From contig OX597816.1 in the NCBI GenBank assembly GCA_951406725.2, positions 15,190,001 through 15,254,000 of the forward strand: a stretch of DNA of 64,000 nt, given 5' to 3'. A model generated the notes under the pieces. It saw nothing but the letters and a program-made list of their open reading frames with translations, had not been told where the DNA came from and searched no databases. Position 1 is the stretch's first letter. Each line of letters starts with the position of its first letter. Source of the DNA: Octopus vulgaris (Eukaryota). The position numbers and the translations under genes were made by a program. Shown piece by piece: positions 51,604-64,000 of the stretch.

Positions 51604-52984
51604 ATTTATATTATTTTATATTATTATAAGAGTATAATATAATATAGTATTATGTTAATAAATTTTAAGTTTTGAATTGGACAATTGTTATATATATCTC
51701 CATTTTCTATTCATGTTCACACACACACACACACACACACACACGTATATATATGTCAATGTGTGTGTCCCCCAGCCCTACTTGATAACTGGTGTTGGTG
51801 TGTTTATGTACACGTAACTTAGTAGTTCAGCAACAGAGACTGATAGAACAATGAGGTCAATGCATTTGGCTAAAATTCCTCAAGGCAGTGCCCCAGCATG
51901 GTTGCTGTCTTCATGACTGAAACAAAAAAAGGTAAAAGATAAATAACATAGACACAAAACCTGGTGGGATTTGAACTTGGAATATGGAGGATCAAAACAA
52001 ACACTGCAAATTCATCATGAAATGAAAAATTAAAAAGAACCCTATCCAATGTGCAGGGTGACATGTTCTCATCAACAATGGGAAGATATATGGCAGTGTC
52101 TGACTGGTTTACAAGACTGATGGTGAGGTGAGGTAAGGTGAGGCAACCGGCTGTGTTGGTGAACTAAACACCAATCACCCCCCCCCCTACCACAAAGACC
52201 CCTCATACCGTGGATCAGTAAAATACATGAGTCAGAGTCAAAGGTATTGGCAGTGATATTGACTCGTGATTATTTATTTGTAACACAATATGTGTGGGTG
52301 GTGAGTGCAGAGGTTAGTAAAAGTGCTCTTTTGTTGGGAGTAGTCTGTATGGATAGACAAGAGACCCTAAAATGGGTCTAAAATAATGAGACCCTAAAAC
52401 TACAGACTCATTCTGAAGCTGTGACCTGTCAGGAAAATAAACAAATAAATAACAATAGAAGTGCAGAGAATAAAACCCAGTTGCTGCACAAGTGGCAGTA
52501 AGGGTCACTTGAGGAATTTTTGCCTTTAAGAACTGGTAAGGCAAGAGAAGAGAAATACAGACAGAGGGAGAGAAAATGGTTGACAAGAACAGGGTGAGAG
52601 CCACATCAACAGCAGCAGATCCTGGAGGTTGCTGTATTAACAGCAATGCCATTTCCATCCCTGGTTGCAGCTCCAAATCTTGTTGAAAAATTTGCTTAAT
52701 TCTCAAGACTAAATGCTAGATGCTAGGAAACTTTCCTCCAACCATAATTAGTAGTTTTATCCAATCAATCTGCAATGATGGAGCGGGTATGGTGCAAATG
52801 GAGTCTGGAGAAGATCAACAAACTGTCACAGAGGGGGACAAAAATTGTTCAGTGATAACAAAAGATGTACAATACACATTAAGTTGATCCCATTCCAGGG
52901 ACAACATAAAATATCTCCTTCAGCCATATGTTCGCACTATAGCAAGCCACTTGTGCCTGTCCCTCTATCATTCTTTAAGCCTTT

Positions 52985-53348
52985 CAATTCAATTTTTCAA
53001 TTCAATTCAATTTTTATTGGCTCAAAAAGCAAAAGCAAGGTCATGTAGGGGGACAGGAAGTTATGTACAGGGAGGGTGGTCATACAAAGAGTTCAGGTCA
53101 TTTCAGGTCAAGAGAGGCTTTGAACCGAGCGGTTGTTGGCATCTTCACTATCTTGTCTGGCAGCTTATTCCACGAATCCGCAACCCAGACGGAGAAAGCC
53201 CCTCTCCTTCAATTGAGATGAAATCGTCGTAGATGGAGCTTTTTGGAGTGACCCCGCAACCCATGCTCTGGAGCAGGAGTGAATAACAGCTCTTTCGAGA
53301 GGTTACACTTTCCACTTATGATGTTGTGAGCGAGGATGAGATCACCTT
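52985..53348 (-). mobile_element. CR1-type LINE 3' fragment
   Basis: DLILAHNIISG...LRGHSKKL...FSVWVADSWNKLP...FKASLD; (ATTGA)n tail. Confidence 0.85.
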
Positions 53349-54755
53349 CCCCTGCACATTCTCCTCCCTAATTCTTCATAGTAGTGGGAGCTTTTCCCAC
53401 TCCATTTCCTTCTCTTCCTCTATTTTTTTCCAGTCTTGCAAGTTAAATAGTAACCTCATTAGTGCTGGTGTGGCATGAAAATAGCATCTAGTACACTCTG
53501 TAAAGTGGTTGGTTTTAAGAAGGGCATCTGGCCATAGAGACCATGCCAAAGATTATATTAGAACTCAGCACAGCCTTGCAGTATGCTGATTTCCTGCTAA
53601 ACTGTCCTACCATTTCGAGCATGGAAACTGGAAGTTATATGATAATGATGATGATGGTTAGTAATATGGCTCTGAGATCAAAGCTGAGTGCTGTAAAATA
53701 TAAGAATAATGAAGATGATGTGCTATATAATGGAAAAGATTAAGGGGCAGATTTTAAGGCTTTGGTGATGATGGCAGTATCATCAAGACACGCGCAAACG
53801 GGGACCAGAGTAAAAGCAAACAACAAAACAAAACAGTGATGGTCAGGTCAGGTCAGATGTAGGGGCCTGTGCCTTTGCAGTGCATTGCTGCATTCACTGT
53901 TTGTTGGTATACTCCTGCGGCGAGCTGGCAGAAACGTTAGCACGTCGGGTGAAATGCATAGCCGTATTTCATCTGCCGTTACGTTCTGAGTTCAAATTCA
54001 AAGGTCGACTTTGCCTTTCATCCTTTCGGGGTCGATTAAATAAGTACCAGTTACACGCTGGGGTCGATATAATCGATTTAATCCGTTTGTCTGTCCTTGT
54101 TTGTCTTCTCTGTGTTTAGCTCCTTGTGGGTAGTAAAGAAATATGTATACTCCTGCATCCTCGTGGGTGACCTATGGAACAGAATTCCAGTCAGTCCCTA
54201 TCTCCATGAGATACCTTCTCATCTGCTGTTAACATGTGGCAGGTGATTGACCAATATGAGTTGCCGACCCACTCAGATCCTCAGTGAAAAGAACATGGTA
54301 AGCAGAGTCTGGCTCAGAAAATTGAAAAACACATCCAAATAGTCTAATGTGGTGCTCCCAAATCGTATAAATAACAAGGCACATCTCAGTTCCTGAGTAA
54401 CCCCTAATACTGCAGAGTGTTCTGGTACTGAAGGAGTTTAGGCAGCCCATAAGGGCTCTGGGTTGTGTCCAAGGCTCCCAATTATAGAGCAGGACAATCT
54501 TACTTCATATTTGAAATGAAGTTTCCCCAACATGGCCAGGGTCCCTACTAATGTAATTGGAACTAGAAACCCTTTATTTTTCTTTCCAGTACCTCATATT
54601 TTACCATGGAAACCATTTTTTTTCTTTTTCTGTAAATGAAACACACAAGATTTATCAATACAGTCGACTTTCAATTATCTGATTAAATATGAAATGAAAT
54701 GATTTTTCAATACCATTAATGAATGCTATATATATGTGTGTGTGTATGGGTGTAT

Positions 54756-54802
<47 letters not shown>

Positions 54803-54870
54803 GATGGATTTGTATATATAATATATATATATGTACAATATATTTATTTGTATGTATGTGTATATATGTA

Positions 54871-54907
<37 letters not shown>

Positions 54908-55024
54908 GCACATACATACATATATGTGTGTGTGTGTATGTGTCTGTGCATACATAGCTATACACAAATACAAATTTATAGATGTGTTTGAATATGTGTG
55001 TGTATGTGTGTGTGTGTTTGTGCT

Positions 55025-55058
<34 letters not shown>

Positions 55059-55149
55059 TGCATACTTTATAATTAAACTCTAAAAGCTGATTATCTCTGT
55101 TTAATCTTTCTGTTGCTATTGCCGTTGTTATCGCCATAGTATTAGCTCT

Positions 55150-55213
<64 letters not shown>

Positions 55214-55478
55214 AATTAGTAGTAGTAGTAGTAGTTATTTTTGCTGTTGCTTGTGGTGGTGGCTGTAATGGTGTTTTGTTTAGATTTTATTACTCATGTT
55301 CATTAACATGTTGCTATTGTTGCTGTTGTTGTTGTTTTACTATTGCAATTAATGTTGTTTTAAACTATTGTTGTTGTTGTTACAATTTCTGGCTGTTTTT
55401 GCTGTTATTATTGCAGCTTGCTTTGAAGTTATTTGTTGTCAATGGTATTTTGTTTCTTTCATATATATTCATATATAA

Positions 55479-55554
<76 letters not shown>

Positions 55555-55619
55555 TTACATACATACATACATACATATATATATATATGTATATATATAT
55601 ATGTAAATATACGTATATG

Positions 55620-55653
<34 letters not shown>

Positions 55654-56013
55654 TATATAAATGTATATTATATATATGTGTATTATATATCTATATATAC
55701 ACACACATATATATATATTTACATATATATATGTATACATACATATATATATATTTACATATATATATGTATACATACATATATATACATATATGTATAT
55801 ATGTATATATGTATACATACATATATATATACATATATGTATATATGTATACATGCATACATACATATACATATATATATATATATATACATACATACAT
55901 ATATACACACATGCATATACATGTGTGTATATATATATATAATATATACATATATATATATATATACATATGTATGTATTGTGTGTATATATACACACAC
56001 ATATATGTATATG

Positions 56014-56065
<52 letters not shown>

Positions 56066-56694
56066 TATATATACATATATGTATATGTATATAAATCATT
56101 ATTTAAGTTATTCTATTGTTTATTGTTGTTATTGTTGTTGTTAATGTTGTTGCCGCAATTTGTTAGTGTTTGGATCTTTTTAAGTCTTCTTGACATTCAC
56201 AATGATGCTGATGATATTGCTGTTGCTTCCTGTTACCATTGATGTTGTTGTTGTTGTTGTTGTTACTGCTGCAGCAATTAAATTAGTTTTCTTTACTATT
56301 GTTGTTGTTGTTGTTGTTGTTGTTGTAGTTACTATGGTTACTGCTATTGCTGTTGTTTAACCCCCATGTCATGCCTGGTTGAGGAAATCTGTTGATCAAA
56401 AGCCCTCCATGGCCATCCTGCCTTTTCACAGATATCCAGGACTCCATTATATAATTCTTTTATTTTTTCCCTTGCTTCAGTCATTGGAATGTGGCCATGC
56501 TGGGGCACCACCTTAAAAGGTTTAGTTGAATAAATTGAGTCCACTATTTATGTCTGGTACTTACTACATCAGTCTCTGTCTTGCTAAACTGCTAAGTCAT
56601 GAGGATATACATAAACACAAACACAAGCAGATATATGCATACACATGCATATATGTATATACTGATGCAATTCGCACACGCGCGTATATATATA

Positions 56695-56771
<77 letters not shown>

Positions 56772-57540
56772 GCCTACAAATACATGTACATACATACATA
56801 TATATATACAAATACACATAAATATACATGCATGCATGTAGATGTATACATGCTCATATACATACATATAGACATATAAATGTATGTGTGTCATCATCAT
56901 CATCATTATTGTATATATATATATACACACTCACACACATATATAGATACACATATATATATACACACATATACATATATATACACATATATATACATAC
57001 ATAGATATATAAATACATACATACATACACACACACACACATATATATATATGCCTGTACATATATGCATACATATAGACATACACAAATATACATTCAT
57101 ATACACACACACATGCACAAATGCATATTTATACACTCACACACACACATACACACACACACACACAAACAAGCACATGTGAAAAACCCCATTCCCTTTC
57201 CCCACATACTCTCTTCTCCCCAACAAGAATTTTCAACATTATCAGTTTGAAGATATTCAAGTATTAGGCTTTATATGATTTGAAAATATTTTTGAGGCAC
57301 ATTTGCTCATTTGTTGTGTATAATTATTGCCTCATTATTTCTGATTGCCTGCATGATAGGCATTGTAGCATCATCCAGTTGCTAAATCTTTAAATCAACT
57401 GCACAGGACCATCTTTATCTTGCAACTTGAAAATTTATATTAACATTACATATCCATGACGTTAAATATATGTTAAATAAAATGAGACAACAAAGCCAAG
57501 GTTGTGTGGAATTTTCAGGACATTTATAAAGAGAAAGCTA

Positions 57541-57588
57541 GTCTTACAGCTACTTCTAGGATATTAGGGATATCCCTTCATCAGAGAC
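57541..57588 (-). ncRNA. Decayed minimal hammerhead
   Basis: gucu-CUGAUGAA-gggaua(ucccuaa)uauccu-a-GAAGUAGCUGUA-agac, two changes from GAAACAGCUGUA. Confidence 0.55.
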
Positions 57589-57835
57589 AATGTGAAATGG
57601 TTAAATAGAGGGAAATGTAGAATTCAATATAAGGTGTTATTTTGGGAAAGGATGGAAGTAAGGAATATAGAGGGAAATAGGAGAATGAAAGTATGGTCTT
57701 TCCATAGCACTTACATAGTGTTACCTGCCATCTTGGGTCTTCTGGATACCAATGCCTCTCATACCTTTGTTTATGTGTATATTATATATATATATAGGAG
57801 AGGAAAAATTATAATGAGGCAGAATGCTAAATTGA

Positions 57836-57899
57836 AAGTAAATTTTAATAAAAATTTAATAAAAATTTAATAAAAATTTTAATAAAAATTTAATAAAAA
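57836..57899. repeat. 11-12-bp AT-rich tandem repeat (aaaaatttaat)n
   Basis: About 5 copies. Confidence 0.85.
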
Positions 57900-58471
57900 T
57901 GTGCAGGTGGCATGTAAAAAGCACCCACTACACTCACGGAGTGGTTGGCGTTAGGAAGGGCATCCAGCTGTAGAAACACTGCCAGATCAGACTGGAGCCT
58001 GGCACAGCCTACAGGCTTCCCAGACCCCAGTTGAACCGTCCAACCCATATGTATGTATATATATATATATGTATGTATATATATATATAACTGTGGCTGT
58101 GTGGTAAGAAGCTTGTTCCGCAATCACATGGTTCTAGGTTCAGTCCCACTGTGTGGCATCTTGGGCAAGTGTCTTCTACTATAGCTTTGGGCCAACCAAA
58201 GCCCTCTGAGTGGATTTGGGAGATAGAAACTGAAAGAAGCCGGTCACATATATATAGATATTGATATATGTATGTATATGTATGTGTGTCTGTATTTGTT
58301 TTACCATCATCGCTTGACAACTGATGTTGGTGTGTTTATATCTGCGTAACTTACCAGTTTGGCAAAAGTACTAGGCTTACAAAGAATAAGTCCTGGGGTC
58401 GATTTGTTTGACTAAAGGCAGTGCTCCAGCATGGCCACAGTCAAATGACTGACACAAGTAAAATGATAAAA

Positions 58472-58508
<37 letters not shown>

Positions 58509-58842
58509 CATATATATTTCTCCATTTTCTTATTTGAATAAAAGAACACAAACTGGGTTTAACATTTTCTTCTTTTATACCTATGCCATACCTGGAACGA
58601 ACCCTGTGACAGGCCTGTGTTTATACTGGACTTGGTACCTATATGTCATCATCATTTAATATCTGTTGTCCATGCTGGTATGGGTTGATTGGTTTGATCA
58701 GCGCTGGCAATCATATATACCTACACTAACATAAATGACACCTAATGGTTGTTATAGCTTACTGTGAACTCAGTGTTATGGTACCTAGCCATTTCTGGCA
58801 TCTTTCATATTGATGTGCCTGGATTCTACTGAATCCTATAAC

Positions 58843-58898
<56 letters not shown>

Positions 58899-59639
58899 TT
58901 CAAAGATCGATTTCTTTGCCTGATTTTCGCTGCTATCTGATTTCCTTTTTATTATAATTCAGTTTTACCTTCACAGATCTTTTAATTGTTTTATCTAAAA
59001 TATGGATAATTTTCTGAAATTCGATTATAACCAAAAGGCTTTTAGATAAAGTCAGTGTTGTTAAAACCATCTGCGGAAGAATCTTTTCTTCACTGACTTA
59101 ATTAAATACTTGCTGTTCTGTCAACTCTTTAAGGTCTGTATACGTAAAAGCCTCATCATCAGCATGCAATAATTCTTTGACTATCTCCTGTATCAACTTC
59201 TAATCCCCTTCCCTGCACCGTCTACATAATACTGTTATTGACTGAAACCCTGTCATAAAGTTTTGAGCTACATTTTGCTCAAAATTATATTCTACTCTAC
59301 AATGGTTTCAAATGTTGGCACAAGGTCAATAATTTTAAGGTCAGGGGTTGAGTCGATTACATCAACCCCCAATGCTCAACTGGTACTTATTTTCTTGACC
59401 CTGAAAAGATAATAGGCAAAGTTGACTTCAGCAGAATTTGAACACAGAACATAATGAATCGGAAGAAATACCACCAGGCATTTTGTCTAACACCATCCTA
59501 AACTATAATGAGACTTATTTGCTTAATTTCTTCCTTTGCTTATATAATGTAATTTTGCCACAATTCTTAGGCAGTTGATAATTATCAGTCCCTGTAATAA
59601 ACTAAATTAAAGCTTTCTTTTGGAAACACTTCTTCACAT

Positions 59640-60560
59640 TCAGAATAGTCAAAGCATGGAATAATCTGTATATGGCTATGGTAAATCTACACAGAGTTTG
59701 CATCATCAGTCTGGAACTCCTAACTTGCACAGCATAACACTCTCCTGGAAACTGTTCAAAAATGTGCAACCAGGGGAGCAGGGCCAGATTAAAATCCATT
59801 GAGGCCCTAAGCACTTAAAAAATTTTGGCACCTCCATAAAAGACTATGTAATTCAAAATATAAACAATAACAAACGATAAAATAAAAGTTTATTTTTCAA
59901 AATGAAACAAAACAGTAAGAGAGAAAATAATGTTTATTTTTGTTTACTTCTTTATTTATATTTGAAAAATTTCTTTCTACTTTTTTGAATTGCAAAGTCT
60001 TTGATCAGATCCTCAAAATTAACCTTAGGTAACACATCTGCATCTATACTCAGAAGAGATAAAGGCATCTCAAATATTATTTTAGCAAGTTTAAAGTGAT
60101 TTCTTTTGTGCCGTAAATCATTTACCATTTTTATGGTGCCTCCTCCTTCCTTTGATGCCCTAAGCACATGCTTATTTTGCTTAATGCTTAATCCAGTACT
60201 GCAGATGAGTACCCACTGTCAGACATGTACAATAATCTGAATGTTTTACTTCCCTGAGCATGGACACATTAAAGCTCTGACATTTGGCAACTAATTTGGA
60301 AGACATCCACAAAATTATCCACAATCTTTCCAACAACAACTTAGGGCAACTTTTTGAATTCTATTTATCTAACACTCATGGACATGCTTAGAAAATCAAA
60401 AAAATGACATAGTATCCATGATGTTTGGAAACATTTTTTTCCATGCTCAGAATTGCTGAAGCATTGAATAAACTACCTGCATCTGTTCTTAGCAGTTAGA
60501 ACACTACATTCTTCAAAACAGCCATGCTTCCTGAAATTCATCAACAATATACCTGATATC
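59640..60560 (+). mobile_element. Decayed CR1-type LINE 3' region, interrupted by hAT
   Basis: EFASSVWN...LETVQ..ATR | ...SLSMDTL...HKII...THGH motifs. Confidence 0.7.
59779..60201 (-). mobile_element. Internally deleted hAT element (Tip100-like)
   Basis: TIRs cagggccagattaa / ttaatccagtactg. 8-bp TSD caggggag / cagatgag (6/8). C-terminal LLSID...FEDLIKDFAIQKSRK. Confidence 0.8.
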
Positions 60561-60708
60561 TCCCACTTTTTTTAACTGCCTCATTTACTGTCCCCTTCCT
60601 GTGTGTTATTCTATGTGTTGTTCATGCACCTTTGGCTACTTGTTCTATGAGTTGTAGAGCACCTGAACATTGTATACCACAAGTTTTCATTATGCAACTA
60701 TCCTTTAA

Positions 60709-60929
60709 CCCTTTTGTTACGGTATTTATTTTGAGATGCTCTGTGTTTCTTTCAATTACTTCAAATATAACAAAGAATTTAGTAAAATAACTTAGTTATC
60801 ATTAAGCTAGTGTTAGGAACTTAAATTGTGACTAAGGTTTAATGGAAAATTTTAATTCGGAACTTATGAAAATGAGACATTTGTACTACAGAGCCAGAGC
60901 TGGTTTCAGCCTGGTTGGTAACAAAAGGG
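60709..60929. mobile_element. piggyBac-type MITE (TTAA TSD)
   Basis: Reverse-complement copy of 36669-36888. Confidence 0.9.
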
Positions 60930-61629
60930 TTAAGGCAGCGAGATAGCAGAGCTGTTAGCACACCAGCTGAAATTCTTGGCAGTATTTTGTCCATCTTCCT
61001 ATTCTGAGTTCAAATTCTGCTGGGGTCGACTTTACTTTCATCCTTTCAGGGTTGATAAATTAAGTACCAGTGAAACACTGGGGTCAATGTAATCGACTAG
61101 TCCCTTCCCCATAAATTTCAGGCCTTGTACCTTCAGTAGAAAGAAGTATTCAACTACTCTCATCTCTTTATTGCTGTCTAAATCCTGCACCCTTCAAAAA
61201 TTCCATGGTTCATGAAGTCCGCCAATACTACCCCTGATGTACTTCTGCACCCTATTTTCTTTACGCTTCCTTTACTGTCCTCTTTTCTGTCCCTTATTCT
61301 GTATACTATACAATGTACTTTTGGCTGTCTTTATTCGACTTATTTGCCTGCTCTCTGGTTCCCTCTTTTAACCTTTTCTGATGTGTTGCAGTGCACCAGA
61401 ACACCGTAAACAATAAGCTCATTATAAGCTAATACACCTTGGAAACAGACATAACTCCCTGATCCACAGGTTTTAGTATCATGAAGAGGAAATGTAAAAC
61501 AACGTATCAGTGCAGATGTACCCCTGTGTGTAGGTGGGCATACACACACACACACATATGTTAGGATATGTGAGGGAGTGTGTACATATACATACGCACA
61601 CATATATGTACATATGTGCCTATATATAT

Positions 61630-61731
<102 letters not shown>

Positions 61732-62601
61732 CATATATATATACATATGTATATGTATATATGTATATACGTATACATATCATAAATGTATATATGCATA
61801 TACATACATGCATACATATATACATACATATATACATACGTACGTACATACATACATCATACATACATACATGCATGCATACATACATACATGCATACAT
61901 ACATACATACATGCATACATGCATACATGCATACATACATACATACATACATACATACACACACACATACATATATATATGCATACATTCAGACATATAT
62001 ACATACACGCCCCTACACATATATAAAAATATCACCATCATCATCACCTTCATTTTTCTATATAGACAAACCTATATATATACATATTAATACACACACA
62101 CACACACACACACATTTATATGTGTGTGTGTATGTGTACATGCATGCATGCACTGATGTTAAAGTGGATCCAATGAAATTAAAAACAAACTGTGGGAGTC
62201 TGCATTGAAATTAGTGTGCATTCATTAACTTTGTATGTTTAGGATTAAATGGATTAAAGCTTTAATACTCTTAAAGTATGTTTTATGCTTAAAAATAATC
62301 ATTTTAGTCTATATGATTAAAATGTCAATTTAGTCTCTAGTCCCTACTTTCCTCTTAGCTTCCATCCGTCTCTTCTTTTCTTCATCGCTTTCTTCTTATG
62401 AAAATGTGCATGTGTGTGTATGCATGTGTGCGTATGCCTTATCTGTATATATGTGTGGTGCATAGTGTGTGTATACAATAGGTGTGTGTGTGTGTGTGTT
62501 GTGTGAGAGAGTGTGAGAGAATATATAGGCATGCATGAAACTATATACATACATACATACATAGATACATAGATACATACATACATACATACATACATAC
62601 A

Positions 62602-62635
<34 letters not shown>

Positions 62636-62885
62636 CATGCATGCATACATAGATACGTACATACACATATTCATATATATATATATATATATATGTTTAT
62701 ATATGTATATGCACACGCATATTTATATGTGTATGTTTGTGTGTGTGTGCATAGTGTCTGTAAACAATATATGTAAATATATTTTATTAGCAGCTCTAAA
62801 ATCAATACTTATGCAATATTGCCCCATCCACTCATAGAATATTTATAATTGTTCGTAAATACATACATACATGCATATGTATATA

Positions 62886-64000
62886 CAGGGTGCAGTGAAT
62901 AAATTGTCGTCTAAATTACATGAAAATGAAAGTAACACTTACATCTCATTTTAACAAATATGTTTACCAAAATTACATAAAAATATCTTGAAATACTAAA
63001 GAGTAAGTTTAATCAATAAAATCATATTTTGCTTCAACCACGGCCTCCAGACGACTTCGAAATCTCCTGTGACTCTTCTGGACATGCTCCTTGTTTAAGT
63101 CGACGAATGCTGCTATAATCCTTGCCTTCAGTTCATCTTTGGTGTTTCAAGGAATTTTGTTGGTCGCTCACTCAACTGAACCGCCACACGTAATAACCAA
63201 GGGGATTGCAGTCTGGGGATAGTTAGGTGGCCAGATTTTAGGGGTGATGTGGTCACAGAAATTGTCTGACAGCCATGATTGGGTTTTCCTGCTTGTGTGG
63301 CATGATGCAGTGTCCTGTTGCCAGACATAGGGTCTTTCAGCAGCCACCCTCTTGACCCAGAGCAGCACTACTTTCTCCAGGCACTTGATGTAGGCCTCCG
63401 TATTGAGTCTGAGGCCATATGAAAAGATTACTGGCGGCATAATGTCACCATCACAAGTGATCACTCGAAACACTACGATGTTGACTGGATGCTTGAATTT
63501 TACCACTCTCGGTAGATCTTTTGGGGACACAGTTGGTCTGAGTATTCACTATTTGATCCTGGCTGAAAATTTTCTCATCTGAAAAAAGCAAAAAACAAAG
63601 TGTGTTCAGTTGGAAGGGATGATTGAGTTTATTCAACAGCTTCATAGCATGGTCTTTCCTCTTGTCCTTGATAGCTTCAGATAAAAATTTGCCCTTTCCC
63701 ATCTTGTATGAGGAATACTGAATGTCTTCGTGTACTACCTGCCTGATAAGAAACTGAGTCTCTCCCATGTCCCTGACACTGGAGGGATCGTTGTCAATCA
63801 TGGGCTGGATCTCACCAATAAATTCAGGTGTTCTTTTCTCATCAGAATGATCAGAGTGAATTTTCTGAGCAGCCGTACCTTTGTAATCACCATTAGACTC
63901 ATCCAATTCTTTCTGAATCATCTGCACTGTCCTCAGATTGATATCCAAACACTCTGAAATGTTCGTATTAGTGCTTCTGGCTCGAATGCCAAGCAGTACA
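62886..64000 (-). mobile_element. DD37D Tc1/mariner remnant (runs off the window)
   Basis: TA-cagggtg TIR; FSDEKIF, YVWQQDTASCH and IWPPN motifs; frameshifted. Confidence 0.9.

Overview
AT-rich eukaryotic non-coding DNA, intronic or intergenic. The SINE families and the extreme (TA)n/(CA)n/(GAT)n/(TAA)n microsatellite load suggest an octopus or other coleoid cephalopod (inference). No host protein-coding gene can be supported; almost all ORF-track entries are microsatellite or SINE artefacts. The window is a mosaic of decayed transposons: DD37D and mariner Tc1/mariner remnants, hAT, piggyBac-type MITEs, a mini-Helitron, CR1/RTE/R4-Dong LINE 3' ends, several SINE families, and one Penelope-like element (RT plus GIY-YIG). 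The main unannotated signal is a set of type I hammerhead ribozymes (HHRs) in about six sequence-distinct repeat families. (1) A young 352-bp tandem retrozyme-like array at 656-1505 has two intact HHRs and a diverged relative with compensatory changes at about 20.7-21.3 kb. (2) A tRNA-headed SINE carries an HHR and a fold-back 5' hairpin (about 15 kb and 22 kb). (3) A short (TA)n-embedded family has a non-canonical core. (4) An inverted HHR pair lies at 48.6 kb and (5) a decayed HHR at 57.5 kb. (6) A U3:A8 variant HHR lies just downstream of the Penelope ORF, the plausible trans-acting mobiliser. All structures were read by eye and none was computed or tested.
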